In this document: in pieces, positions 24,700-43,966 of the stretch
Layout: each line of letters starts with the position of its first letter
Position numbering within the stretch: position 1 is the stretch's first letter
Assembly: GCF_003704095.1 (NCBI RefSeq)
Contig: NW_020843829.1
Coordinates: 310,001-374,000, forward strand
Source: Pocillopora damicornis
Taxonomy: Eukaryota
Direction of reading: 5' to 3'
DNA: 64,000 nucleotides
The notes under the pieces: generated by a model
Seen by the model: the letters and a program-made list of their open reading frames with translations, nothing else
The model's database searches: none
Told to the model about the DNA's origin: nothing
Program-made: the position numbers and the translations under genes

Positions 24700-25622
24700 T
24701 TTCCCCGTCACGAACTTAAAAGGAATAACTTCAAATCTCATTTTAACTTGCCCTTTTTGGGCCTTTTTACGCGTCGCGTAAAGACCCTTTACCACCCTCT
24801 TGCTTTACCATGTTCATATTCTCTCGTGTCGAACTAAGACTCGCGCACAAGTAATGGGGTAGGGAGAGGTGGGTACGGAATCTGTGTTCTTACTCCTTCA
24901 AAATTTACATTTTACAGCAAGGGAAAGCTTCTTGCCAAAAATTATAGAAACTAGGGAAAAAGTTCAGGACATTTCAAGGGAATGGAATATATTTTTTTAG
25001 CAAAAAAACACATTCGAAACCTAAAGATCTTTAAAAGAAACATCCGGAGGCCGAAAAATTTTTTTAATCAGTTGTTTGCACAGATTAAGGTAAATGATTA
25101 AATATTTTCAACGCATATCGCAAAGTCGTCGGCTTGCTTTTCCTACAGACAATTGTTACACTTTCAAAATTTATTTCCTGCCGTCTCATTTAACAAAGAT
25201 GTAATAACACCGGTTTGTTTAGATTATCCTCCAGGCATCACAAATTTTCTGTAAGCAGACTTGATTAATTTTAGTCATGGAAAAAGACCGCGAATGTCAA
25301 TGCGATTTCAGTTAAGCAGAAAGTGTAAAAATTTCAAACGCTGCGTGGTGGGTCACAAGATTTCACAATCGTCATAAATTCACGGTTACTGAGATCATTA
25401 TTAAATTACTGAGGTTTTTGTGTTTCCCCTTGCATTTGCTGGATTGGTATAACTACTACTAATTAATTTTCCGGCAATTATCGGCTTTTTATCCTGCAGT
25501 GTGGAATAAGCTGTCACCATTCCTTGGCAATTAGTTGTCGAAGGAAAAACGAATAATTTTAATTACATATTACCTGGAAAGTTTACATTCTATTTTCACC
25601 AGCTGACTGATCTATTTACGAT
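24700..25622 (+). repeat. Segmental duplication copy B (runs into the gap at 25626)
   Basis: Homologous to 11870-12816. Confidence 0.92.
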
Positions 25623-25725
25623 AAGNNNNNNNNNNNNNNNNNNNNNNNNNNNNNNNNNNNNNNNNNNNNNNNNNNNNNNNNNNNNNNNNNNNNNNNNNNN
25701 NNNNNNNNNNNNNNNNNNNNNNNNN

Positions 25726-28092
<2,367 letters not shown>

Positions 28093-28272
28093 CTTGCTTC
28101 CTTTTCTCAAAATGTCCGTCTTCAATGGAGTAAACTTGATTTGTAATTCTTGTTGCGGGAAGTCCTGGAAAACAAGCCGACGTTCCTAAGCAACAGCTGA
28201 TCAGGTGGGTCATTACAAATTTGAGCCGATTGTTGCTATGGAACTATCAGCGGTAATACATCTTAAACTAAG
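28093..28272. promoter_or_regulatory. Bidirectional promoter with two RFX X-box-like sites
   Basis: GTTCCTAAGCAAC at 28182-28194 and GTTGCTATGGAAC at 28232-28244, lying between divergent ATGs 180 bp apart. Confidence 0.65.
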
Positions 28273-29346
28273 ATGGCGGACGATTCTATCCATATGAGTG
28301 TGGTTCAGATTGGTGAAAGAAAATTACGGTTTTTGGAATGGGCAACGACAGACGACACGATTTCAAATTCTCAAGAGCAAAAAGATAACATTCTTTTATT
28401 TCTTGGGGCTGATGTGCTATCTGGGTGTTCTATCGCTGTATCTAACTTACCAAGGATGCATGCGAAGTTTTCCAAGCAAGGCCTAGCTGTTAAAGTTAAT
28501 TTCCCTAATTCTCTTCGATTGCATGGCATCCATGGCTCTGCTCGTGGTGTTTGGTTCTACTCAATTCAAGGCCTTTTCAGAGTTTGCTTTGAGTATTACA
28601 ATCGCGAGGAACAACTAGAATGCCTAACAAAGCTCTGCGCCTCTTGGAAGTTAAGATTTACAGACAAGCCATTTAGGCAAAGAGAAATTGAACTCAATTT
28701 TCAAGATACTCTCAAACAACAGGTGGAAATCCCTGCAGGCCCAGATGACGCAGATTCAACTGGACAGCCTTACTCGGATAAAAACGTTAACCCATCAGAA
28801 ATCACATCCACTAAAATAACGGAATCTGATGGCAACATTTCTCACTCGCCTGCATCAGGTTCTTTTTATCACGGATGCATTACAACACCCAACTGGAAGC
28901 GATACATGAAAGAAATCGAGAGAATTTCGAAAGAAGCAGATCATTGTGACTTTGAAGATCTTCTTGACACCATTATTAGAATTTTAAAGGAGTATGAAGT
29001 TCAAACAACTCCTAAACAAACTGGATTATCAGGAGTACTTGTAGCAGTTAGCAAATATCTTGGTGATGAATTTAATAGACTCCAGCTTGAAATCAGTGAA
29101 AGAGTAACCGAGTTCAAGAAAAGGCATATAACTTCAATTGATAATCTTCCCCCATCATCGATTCTTGTCAAAGAACTTTTCCCTGAGTGTATGCAGGTTT
29201 TATTGTTGAGTTGGATGGGAAGCAGGGATGGTGGACAAGACATGAACAGCATTGTGCAAGTGATATTAGAACTTGTGAATATGAGCCTGGTTTCAGGTGT
29301 CGCTCATGTCTTGTATTCTAGGTTGATACAAACTGATACAGTTTAA
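28273..29346 (+). CDS. Uncharacterised 357-aa single-exon protein
   Basis: Long uninterrupted ORF in AT-rich DNA with aagATGGCG start context. Globular N-terminal part, low-complexity linker, helical C-terminal part. No family recognised. Confidence 0.8.
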   Translation: MADDSIHMSVVQIGERKLRFLEWATTDDTISNSQEQKDNILLFLGADVLSGCSIAVSNLPRMHAKFSKQGLAVKVNFPNSLRLHGIHGSARGVWFYSIQGLFRVCFEYYNREEQLECLTKLCASWKLRFTDKPFRQREIELNFQDTLKQQVEIPAGPDDADSTGQPYSDKNVNPSEITSTKITESDGNISHSPASGSFYHGCITTPNWKRYMKEIERISKEADHCDFEDLLDTIIRILKEYEVQTTPKQTGLSGVLVAVSKYLGDEFNRLQLEISERVTEFKKRHITSIDNLPPSSILVKELFPECMQVLLLSWMGSRDGGQDMNSIVQVILELVNMSLVSGVAHVLYSRLIQTDTV

Positions 29347-30144
29347 TGTTTGAGTGTTCTCTCTAATTTAATTCTAGTATGTAAAATATTTTATAGGCTT
29401 TTGACAAACCTCAGGGGGTGCAAACTTTTGGCAGTTTAGTTGCTGCCCATAATTGAATAAGTTACAGTCTGAATTGGTGTCTTGTAACTCTTTTCCTTAC
29501 TGTAAAATTTGACAAAGAGTGTTTGTACAATTAAAAGAAACCTCTTGCACCTGTTGGTATTTCAAAATTACTAATACAGCTGACAAATTTGGAAAAGTGA
29601 TGAAGCATTTCTGAAGGGAAAGGGGTAGCGATTACAGAAGTCAAATGTTTCTGATTAAGATATATGGGGAATTAAGGACAAAAAGAGGATAACAAGGTGA
29701 TTTATACAATTTTTACAATTTGGCTTCCTGTTCTATGGGAAAGAAATATAGAATAATTAATGACATTATTGATGAGAGAGAATCAGTAAGAATGGTAAAT
29801 GCTGTGCCATTCATCCATCAACCAGACCACATGGCACTTAAGGTGAGTGATGTGTCAGCAGCTTATTGGCAACATCTAGCTCATAACAAAACGTTGTAAT
29901 TTTACATATGCACAGTTATGGCTTTTCTCAGCAGGGAAATCCTGCCAGTTTGTATATAAGTCATGAAGTATATGAAGGTAACTTTTCTTTCATTTTAATA
30001 CTGCAACTGTAAGTTAACAGTTTGAATAAATTTAGATTAAAATTTACATTTAACATACATCAAAAATAAATAGGACATTTAATACAGATGACCCTATAAT
30101 CTGAAAGGCTAACATACTCAATAATTTAGAGTAGTTTTTGAAGT

Positions 30145-32330
30145 TTACTGAGGTCTAAAACCCACTTCTTCAACCCCATCAGGCATTTCTTGAAGTTCAA
30201 TTAACTCGTCAAACTGCTGTACATGAAACTTTGATACCTGGTGGTCTATCATTGTTTTTATCACCCTGTAGCCCTGAACTGTCTCAAACAAAACAAAGAC
30301 TGCCATAATAATGTTGACAGCTCTCTCCATTGGCATTATCAACATACTCTCATTGAGCAGTAGCATTAACGTCAATGGGAGCTGAAGCACTAGGGTTAAG
30401 ATCCAGAAACCAGCAAGCTCAGGAACCTGATGAAGGGAAAAAGAGTGATTAAGGACAGTGGTGACCTTGGAATAATTTTGTTTCAATCTTAGTAACCTTT
30501 GGTTAAATTGTACAAAAAAAAGAAAAATTGTAAAATAATTGTGAAAAAATACTTTGTGGCTGACATGACCCTGCCTTCTGTCTCAGCCAAAAGACTCATC
30601 AAATACCTCTTGGAATTTTCAAGAACTTGTTGAGCATCCCCCGAAGGTAACAATGTTGGCAGATTGGCCCTCTATTGCAGAAGGATTCCCAAAAGCATGT
30701 TCACGAGTTACAAGTTATACAATGATAATTTTTTTTGTTTGTTAATTTTTGTTTGAAATCTTTTTTCTTCTTCTTCTTCTTCTTCTGGCTGCTCTTGTCC
30801 ATTAATTCTTACACCTATGCTGCTTGTCAACAAATCTCAAAGCCTTAATAAAGGTACCAATAGACTATGCTCTTTTTTTCATACATCATCACCAATTTTT
30901 ACATGTCAAAGAACAATAGATTCAACATATTTTGAAAAGGAAGATTAGATGTCTCAGTCTACCTTTTCCTGAAGATTTCCAGCATATCCCAGGTAAAGTC
31001 TGGCAATCTCCACCAGTGCCATTGCTACATATATAACAATTGTTATGAACTTGTATACTGAGTCCAGCTTTTGATACTAAAAGATACATAAAAGAGAGTA
31101 TCACAACTATTTGCAGACCAAAAGCTATTTTTCAATCTTATTTTTTCTCATCCATTGAGTTGATCATGTGAATAAGACTGATTCTTAAGCTCACATTTTG
31201 AGCATTAGCCATTTTTCAGAGCCAATTTGTCCTGACAAAGAGCTAATTCTTGGAAAGTCAGCTTTAGAATATCTTTACTATGGCCAGCTCACATTATTAA
31301 CTAAGTTGATAAAAGCAAATCATCTTGCAATACCCCAACTGATGTAACAAAACAGTTTCTTGAGAATCTTAAACTGCTTCATTATTTTTTCAAGTATTTA
31401 CCAAATTCAAATGTAGTAAATTTAAACTAGTTTCCCATCATTTCAGCGACTGAGAATTTGACAATCAAGACTTGCAGTGTAGCCTTTACTTTCACCGAAT
31501 AATAAGTGATTTTGGCAAGATGATAATTGGTCAGTTTATTTAAGACAAACCCTTGCTGATCAAGTATAAATTTGAAAGTTGCATCCACCTACTTCTTAGT
31601 TCTTACATTTGCAGCAGAAATGCTTGCAAACATAACTAAAAAAAAACAAACCAACAAAAACAATTATTGAGTCACAATTATGTAGAGGAAAGTTATCTAA
31701 CCTTTGCCACAAGCATGACAATGCATGTTATGTACCAACAAGGGGAAAAATAGACATTGAAGTACAATGACATCTGCAAGGCCAAGTTAGATACAATTTC
31801 ATTTCCTATGAAAGACAGTGAAGATGAGATGAAATTGCCGATACATCAGTTAAATTCATTTATCTTATTATGTCAGATTAAAAAAATTTAAGAATCTCAC
31901 AGCCCGTTGAAAGATGAGCCGACGGAATCTTTGCTCCCTCCCCCCCTCCCCCACCTACCGCCAGGTCCTATCATAATTCACCAAGGAAAGAAGGTGTCAC
32001 TTGAGTCACAAAAACTCTATGGCCTGAATAAAATTTTCTAATAACGCGGGACTGAGGCCTTTCATAAGAAATAACATCTCAACAGTTTTATCGTCAGCCA
32101 TTCATTTTGAGTCCCACACGAGTTTATTTTGACGTTGCTACGTTGAAAGAGTGACAGGTCTGGGATCAAAAAGGTTTTCAACACGTGAAGAATTACTAAC
32201 AATAATAGGGGAAAGAGAGTTGCTAACCTGAGCTCACCATATGGTGTCGTGGATGGTTTCGTATCGAACGTGATGAGGGAAAAACAGTCTCTGTTACTGA
32301 GGTAAATGCAGCCCTGAGAGTGTCTGCCAT
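30145..32330 (-). CDS. TMEM17: Transmembrane protein 17 (ciliary transition zone)
   Basis: Exons 32330-32228, 31805-31702, 31076-30963, 30426-30145. Peptides GNEIVSNLALQMSLYFN and RLYLGYAGNLQEKVPELAGFW. Confidence 0.95.
31157..31371. mobile_element. Degenerate copy of the Penelope-like terminal repeat in a TMEM17 intron
   Basis: tttgagcattagcc...ctgacaaagagctaattcttggaaagtcagc...aacagtttct resembles the 47919 and 14438 copies. Confidence 0.5.
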
Positions 32331-32428
32331 GTTTGTTTGTGTTTTCCAACCTTCCCAAGATGCAATGGTATGCGAAGTAGCTTCGCCTGTCCCATACGTC
32401 CCTGCGCTCTTGCAGAGGTCAAGACAAG

Positions 32429-35709
<3,281 letters not shown>

Positions 35710-36392
35710 AGGGATTCTGTCATTTAAACCTTTGATTTCTAACTTTGTAAAAAAAAAAAAAAGTCCTGTTCTTTACCTTGCACAAAATAAGACCCTTTTG
35801 AAGACTGGAGGTGCATGTTGAGGATTGGTCTACTGGAGGTTGTTTTTGACCTCAACTGCATTATCTTCATCAAAGACTGTTTAACGGGCACATATAGTCA
35901 GCACAGCCATTAAGTAATGAATATACCCATGATTGTGTGAGATAAATAAATATCTGGGTTTGTTAATGTGCTTGTTGCATTGTTTATTTCTTGCATGAGT
36001 CTGTCTGTTTATGAAAGAGGCAGATTTGCCAAAAAGTAAATAATAATATTAAATTGAAAAATTGCCACTAAGAACATGTCAACACATCATGTAACTTCAT
36101 CTGAGAACATAATTTTTGAGCTTGGCCATTGGAAGCTTTAATTACAATATTCTCAGAAAAGGAAATCTTTTCACTTCATTTTTTCTTCATTGTGCAAAGC
36201 ACAAAGTTAGATATGAGCTTTCTGTGTACAAATATCACAGCACCAGCCAATTAGTAGGCCACATTAAATTCTTTGTGATTTCAAGGTTTTTGTATCACAA
36301 AACAACAATTGTTATTACATCAGAATTTGCTGCTAAGTGCTAATTAGGACAGGACATCTGATGTTATAGTGATTTTGAACAGTTAATGTTTA

Positions 36393-38267
36393 TCAAATAT
36401 CATCTTGACTTTGAAGTGCCTCTGCCCAGTGAGGACTATTTGCATTTGAATCTGAAGTTTGTTCCATGCCATTGCGATGTTTGAGTAAATCTCGCCATAA
36501 AAATGTGTGATAACAAGTTGGACAATCTCCCTCCACTGGGATTAGATGTGAGCTGTCCTCACTTTCCATCAGGAATCTTGTGGCCAAACAAATGAGATGA
36601 GCTTTCATTTGACAACTCTCTGAAATACATGAAAGACAGTCATTTGCATCCTGAAATAGAAAACTTTTTGTTAGCTTCCTCTAGTTATAATAGCAGATAT
36701 CTGGGTTACACCCTGGTTCAGATGCTCTCAAATTAATAAAGAATGGATGATTAACATTGGAATGGACATTTCTTTCAGTTTCCAGTTTGTGGTATTTCAT
36801 CTAAGAAGGGCTACCATCCAGAACGAGCACTTTTGGTGATGGCTTAACTATCCTGCAAGCAAAAGTCCTCTAATACAACTGCTTTAACATGCATTGTCAA
36901 TTATATTCAAATACCAAATTCAGAGATTATGGATTTGTTAACAAGGTTATCATAAATTTTCATAGCAAATGACTGAGTTAGAATATATGCTGGTAAAGCA
37001 GTAATTTCCATGCAGTACATACATGCATACCTTGATCTCTTCAGAGCAAACCACACAAGTATAGTGGGAAATATTGATATCTTCTAATTCCTCTCTACCT
37101 CGCCTCTTGCTTTTCTCAGGTTTTCTTTTACTTAGAGGTCCATATGCTATAGGCATATGAGTGGGTGGTTGTTTCTCAAACTCCATTTTGTACTCTTGCT
37201 TCAACCATCTTATCGTGAGAGGAAGTCGATTCCAAGGACCAACATTAAGCATCTCAGAGAGGACTCTAAAGCGGAATTCAACATCTTTTTCTTTAGTCTT
37301 TTTGTTAGAGATGTGGCGAAGACGTCTGGACTTTCCTGGATTTTGCCAAGCCCACTCAAACTGTTTAGTCACAAAGAAATAAATATTATGATAAATCATT
37401 AAAATCAATACCATGATAATGAAAGGGACATGTAGAAGAGATGGAATCACTCGCCTGTAAGGCAATAATATCGCTGGGAAACCCATGTATAATCAGAATC
37501 ATCTCCCTGTTGACAAGATAAGATTGTCTGTATCAAAATTCAACAAAACAGTTCACACAAGTGACAGATTCAAGATCAGATGTTGGACCAGACAGATCCA
37601 TCCCTCATGCAGGAAGTCTTCGAAGACAAGGGGTGACAAAAAGAGAATTTCACCCACATCAGGAAATTATCACAAACATTGGGTATGAAGAGAAAGGAAA
37701 GTAATATTTTCAACTGGGTAATAGTTTGATTTAACACAAAAGTCTCACACTAAAAATTAAAACAAACGGACAGAGGAGAGTGCAGAGAATTGATATTTGG
37801 ACCTTCGAAGCAAAAAGGTTTAAAGTTTCCTTGCCACCAACAACTCAGATATCAAAATCGTCGGCATCAACGGGAACATCTATATCTACATTTATTAAGT
37901 TTGTAAAATATGTACAGACATCACACCAACTGGTTCTGCACACCGATCTAGATTCTGCCGGTAAATTACATCAATCATTAGGTTAGTCAATACAGGATAC
38001 CATAGTATAGTAAAATTTACAAGTCAATGTGCCTGAAGAAGAAGAGAAAATTAATTATTCTCGGGGTACGCTTTTCACTCACCATGGGCCTCGGCCGCTT
38101 GTTTTGTAAGCACCTCCTTTCTGCACCCCTCCATTATGCTGTTTGATCCTGCGATTAGGATCAACAGTAAATCCGATATAAGTGCGTCCCTTATAGCGAG
38201 GATTTAGACAGTATAGAAGATAAACACCAAAGAAGCCTGCCTCTGTGTTGTTCACACATTCCTCCAT
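36393..38267 (-). CDS. SLX1: Structure-specific endonuclease subunit SLX1 (GIY-YIG + RING)
   Basis: Exons 38267-38083, 37506-37455 (GC donor), 37360-37031, 36650-36393. Peptides GVYLL...YIGFT...[13 protein letters not shown]...FEWAWQ, HLICLA...GDCPTC. Confidence 0.95.
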
Positions 38268-39722
38268 TTATTTTCAAACTTTCGCACCATGGAAGTCACT
38301 GACCGAGGAAGAATTGGGGACGAGTCCCCATCATCATTGCCAGTCCCTTCCTCGTTTCTCGTTCTTTTTCAGACGTGGTTGTTCATTCCTTATCACTCAA
38401 CTTAATTTTTGCACGGATCTTTCGAAAATGAGAGATTCACTTTTTAAATGGTATTCTCTCTGTTTGGTTTTTTTTTCCTCTCTCTTTTTTTCAGTAAATT
38501 TAACTGACGTTTCTCGTAGCCTTCAAATACAAGTACACCATATACACCTTCATAGCACCCCTCTACAATAAGCTCTCCATGTAGTGCTTTGAGATTGCAA
38601 TAAGGCCCTATTCCCTCTACCTCTTAACCAATACTCTAGCATTGTTATTCATTTGGGTTAAGAATTAGTATAGTTAAAAATATACTAGTACTTGTCAGCC
38701 TTTCATAGTTTTCAATTGAAAAACACAACTCAACACAAAGGATGTGTGGTATTGAATAAAGCTGAACACAGCCAGAAATAAAGTGATTACCACTTGGTTC
38801 TCATCCATGAAGTTTCAATCAGCCCTTCCCACCCCTCTCACCACAGGAAGGACTGGAAGTTAATAAGTGTTTCCAATTTCCACTTCTCTCACACGGAGAT
38901 GGGACAACCATAAATTCTCCTTGAAACACCAGACCACAACAGAAACACCGTTGGATGCCAATTTCTTCCAAAGTTTTCCAATAGAATCAGCACAAAAACT
39001 TGTAAATATAACTAAAATAATCAAATATTTTATCAACAGTCTTCCTCATCACAGGAAGTGATAAGGAATTCACACCAATTGCCAAGCTTATCATTCTTAC
39101 ATCAATGTGAGCATGGATTACTTTCATAGACAAAAACTGTTGGCAGCATCTGTCTCTTAATTTATGAGAAGAGATTAGCGTGGAAGACTGTGACTTCCTT
39201 TTCCATACTTATCACTTGCACTCATGTTGACAACACTCATCAAGCCACATGACAATGGGAATCCCTTTGTCTCAAATAAACAAATTGTCATAAACAAAAC
39301 TGCCTTGCTGTTACAACCTAAATAAAATAGAGCCTGTATAAAAATGCATTGCAAGAAACTCAAACCAGACTTTTTTCAATCTCTTTAAAGTTTTACTAGA
39401 TTGAAAAACATCATTTTTCATTACTAAAATTAAACATTCAATGTGGAAAAAGAAGTTTTCATTTGCTCCTTAACTGAAAAGCAATTCTCATCAAAATGAT
39501 ACTACATGACAAAACAATTGTATTTATTTCTTTTATAGAAAGGTTGCAGTGGACATTTACAACTGTTTACATCAGTTTTCACAGCATGCAATTCACCAAA
39601 GACTAGCCATCATGAAGAAAATGAAGCACATGAAGTTTGCAGGACAAAATTCCCAATTGTTCACATGAAAGCCACATGAAATAAGGCATTCTTAGTCTAT
39701 TACATAATTCACAATTCCTCTG

Positions 39723-41051
39723 TCATTCATCATCATCTTCAGCATTTTTGACATATCGGTGCTTGACGTGATTCCACAATTTCTGGTGATAAAAGAAGGC
39801 AAAAGATATGGGTGTTTTTTGCACAAATAAATACAAATCAATGATGCATTCACAAGATTTTTGTTTACCTAGAATCAGAGCTGGAAAGAAAATGTGAAAG
39901 GTACCTTTCTATTTGGACAGGAATGTTATAAGATTTTGTAAGAGGCAAATTACTATGCTGCTTCTAGGGTGATTTACCTAATTATTTCCTATGGTTTATA
40001 GTCACTTTTTTATCTGATATTCTACAAAAGAAGGCAGTTAGTTTGGCATTAAGGATAGACTCCTTCCCTAATAGTTTATGTGTAATAATAATCTTGGTCT
40101 GTGTATCTTTCTTACTTATTGCAGCCGTTATATTTGTGGAATGACTTATTTCTATGGAACCATCAAATCCCTTTTCAGAACAATCTGACATGAAGTGACT
40201 AAACTGACTGCATTCTATATGAAGAAGTACATGCCATATAGACACCATAAAGTACCTGAATTTATTGTCCTTATAATACCTAGAACACCTTTTTATCCCT
40301 CAGATCAAGTTGTCATAAACTAAGAATTCTGTATGCCATGTAGTATTACTTCCAGTACATTCAAATGCTTTTAAGCAATGTAGTCAACTATCTGAGTATG
40401 CTGCATGCAGGGCTAAACTGCAGAATGCTGCCCACTTTGGTCCACCTCACTTACATGTGTTGGGAGGCTTTGAAGATCAAGACATAACGCAATAGACACT
40501 ATTCTTATTCAATGACATGTAAATGAGTGACTGAGTGTTCTGCTGTTGCTCCGCATGCAGTTACCCACTGCAACTAATGGTTTGGTTTCAATGATTTCTG
40601 GAACTGGTGATCAAATTCTAAGTAGTAACGATACACTAAAACCTAACTAAGTTATTTCACATACAACTTAAAATTTCGTCAAATAGTACATTTAATATTT
40701 CCTTCTGATATTAATTTATCAAGTATCGTTTGATCTTGTGTAATTTCATATCAAATATCCTAACTCGCATAGTTAATAACTAAATGCATTTCTCATTACG
40801 ATCACATTACAAGCAGTAAAGTACAAGCTTTATCTCTCTACTTCACAAATTTGCGTTCAGTACGTAAACAGACTGACTATCTGTTAAAACTAAATATTGA
40901 GTCAGCTCACCCCTCGGTTCATAGTTTCCCATAAGTTATCCATTCCAACATCAAAGATTCTCTCAAATGCAAATGCTCCAACAAAAATGGTTACAGCAAA
41001 GGTTGAAGTTCGCCGAAATAAAGCATTGTAAACTGTTCTACCAATACTCAT
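39723..41051 (-). CDS. UQCR10: Cytochrome bc1 complex subunit 9
   Basis: Exons 41051-40911 (YNALFRRTSTFAVTIFVGAFAFER...NRG) and 39782-39723 (KLWNHVKHRY...). Confidence 0.93.
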
Positions 41052-41301
41052 CGTCACTCTTGAATCCTGAACCGTCAAAAGTTTGAACCGGCTTTTCACA
41101 TACGAAGATGGCGGCTGTTGTACTTTAATTTTGCAAAGGATGATGGTCAGGTTGACGTTTGGAGTGTGAAAAGACCTATGGGATATTACGTCATTTTGGC
41201 GCCAATATTCACCATCTTTACCATCGTTCGAATTTCGGCGTGAAGCGTTCAGTGATTTCGCTGCTAATTATTAGAGTTCTTTAATTTTCTTCAACGATCG
41301 A

Positions 41302-43966
41302 ATGTCGACTATGCTGTGTGATAGCTCACAAGTGGACGCTGAGGACATGGATGTTCAAGAAGCAAATGCTTTTAGGTTCAGCGAAGAACCTTCTCTGGAG
41401 AAAATGTAAGCTAACTCTGCCACTTTACGTTACATATGTTATGCCTTCGCTTTCTACTAATGATAACCTTCTCCCCTTCGATTTTTTTTCACATGAATGC
41501 AGGCTGATACGAATATATCTATTATTTCAGGTTTCAATTTTAGTTTCCCTCTTTACTTTCAGTCGACAGATGCAGTCGCAGTTTGCTAAAGAAAGAGACT
41601 GGGACCAATTTCACCAGCCCAGAAACCTTGTGCTTGCAATGGTATGAGAACTTGCTAATTAACCCTTTAACACCCAGATCAAATTTGTAATTCTCCTTAC
41701 TGTCAACCATACAGTTCTTATTGTTAGTTCAGAGAATTAAGTATTTGATCAACTAATTATCCCCAAATTGATATATTTCTTTATTCTCACCACTTGTTTG
41801 CTTGATATTGTATCGATACTGTAAGGAGAAATTCTGTCTTGGTCACTTATGGGAGTTAAAGGGTTAATTACTGATTAACCTGTCTTGGGAATTGAACTAA
41901 TTGACTTACACTCAACTTAATACACTTTTTTGTGCTTTAGTTTCTGAGAAAACCAGATCTTTTCTTTCTCTAGCAAACTGAGGATCACTGGGGTCACTGT
42001 TGTGTAAAAATTCAGCTACTTAATATGTAAAGGGAGGATTTACCAAATTTGAATTATTTCTTTTGTACATGCTCTCCATGACATTGTTTGGTTCTCGTAT
42101 TCAAAACAGTGTGGAAAGGATGACACAATCAAATTTAAGTTTAGGTGCTACCCAAGGGTAGGCTCCCCACTTATATATTAAATTATTGCCTATCTCTATG
42201 CAGCTGATATATTCTAAATTCATTACCCTCTCCCTCCCCCCAGGTTGTCTTCCCCTTCCCATGTGTTCTCTAAGTGCAACTCTTTCCTAAATTGGAGAAA
42301 TATACATTTCTATTGTTTTAATTTATCATGAAGTCTAGTTACAGATCTTCTATAGTTATATAATTATTTAGCTGTTTAAAATGTTCATGCAAAGCCCCTA
42401 TTTTGGTCAAGTTTTTATCCCTGCTTTTGTTGTAGGTTGGGGAAGTTGGAGAAGTAGCAGAATTATTGTAAGTGAAATATTACTGATTCAAAGTTTGTTG
42501 TCCTGTTGTACCACAAACATTAAGATAGGTTCAATTGAACAAGTACCTACTGGTAGGCTTAATTATTTGTCATTTCTTCTATCCTTTTTCATATTTATAG
42601 CCAATGGAAAGGTGAAGTAAAGGAAGGACTCCCAGGTGAGTGTAAGAAGTGTCCTTACTTTCTTTCCATGAACATCTCCACACTAAAATATCTGAAAGAA
42701 ACAAAGCAATATTCCTTTCTCTTGTACAGTCGAACCTCGATTGTCTGGACTCATCGGGACCTCGGTAAATAGTCCGGATAATCGAGAGTCCGGATAATCG
42801 AAAATATGAATATTAATGAGATAGAAATGTGAAATAATTATCTGCTTATCTTTAATCAATAGAACGGCTAGCTTTCGCTTGGTAGGCATGTTTTTGATTT
42901 GAGCTTATGATCGATTGCTCGTGTGTTTACATAACCCACACAGAAGAAATTCCCTTGGCAACAAAACAATTGAGCCAACCATATTTCAGCTGAACGCATC
43001 AGAATATTTCTTTGTCTCGTCGCACTTTTGAATTTTGAAAAGCACATAGGATAATATGCTGTTTCAACAGTCTTTTGAAAGGATTATTGGGCTTTTTGCG
43101 ACTTTGGGTTTTCAAGATCACAACTAATTAATATTCATGGAAAAATTGGGACCAGAGAAGAAAGTCCGGATAATTGAATAGTCCGGATAATCGGGGTCCG
43201 GATAATCGAGGTTCGACTGAATTAAGTTATAATAGCCAAGTCCTTGTTGGAGAGAGAGGTGTGGGGGGAGTAAAAGCACAACACAACAACATAGCAAGGT
43301 CTTGACCTTGGCCCTCTCACACTGGAATCAAGTATAACAACTGTTAGATAGGCTAACACATCTCTTTATAAGGAATATGGCCTATTTGTTGGTTCACTTA
43401 AATACAAGATGGAGAGGTCAGAACAAGAGCACAGGGCTACTCATTATGTTGAGTTTTTGGGCAAAACACTCAACTCTTGTGGCACCTCTGAGAGTAGAAG
43501 TGAACAATGACCCCAGCAAATGATCATAGAAACATAATGGAAAGTGGGGAATGACCTGTAAATGGACTAGCATCAGAAAAATCCTAAGCCATGACTTGAA
43601 AAATTTAAAGATTTCAAATTTATTGTATGAGTAGTTCTTGTTTTAAAATCAGGTAGTGATCAAAACTTAGAGAAAGCAAAAACTCACAACTGTTCATCCT
43701 AACGGGTGGATTTTGATCAACATCTCAGTAAATTGTTTGTGATTGCTTTTCCAGATTGGTCTCTGAAAGATAAGCATCATCTCGCCCAAGAACTCAGTGA
43801 TGTACTTATTTACCTGGTCAGACTTGCAGAAAAATGCCATGTTGATCTTCCCAAGGAGGTGGTGGCTAAAATAGCATTGAATTCCAAGAAATATCCTGCA
43901 GATCTGGTGAAGGGATCAAGCAAAAAGTATACAGAATACAAGGAAATGAATTCATCTAATAACTGA
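41302..43966 (+). CDS. DCTPP1: dCTP pyrophosphatase 1 (MazG-like)
   Basis: Exons 41302-41405, 41563-41641, 42436-42467, 42601-42635, 43755-43966. Peptides ERDWDQFHQPRNL, VGEVGEVAELFQW, ELSDVLIYLVRLAEKC. Confidence 0.94.
41663..41863. mobile_element. TTAA-type MITE in DCTPP1 intron 2
   Basis: TTAA-CCCTTTAAC...GTTAAAGGG-TTAA. Confidence 0.85.
42727..43219. mobile_element. Non-autonomous Tigger/pogo-like DNA transposon in DCTPP1 intron 4
   Basis: TIRs CAGTCGAACCTCGATT and AATCGAGGTTCGACTG, with TA on the left. Internal ccggataatcg repeats. Minus-strand MPTKRKLAVLLIKDKQIII resembles a pogo transposase N-terminus. Confidence 0.85.
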
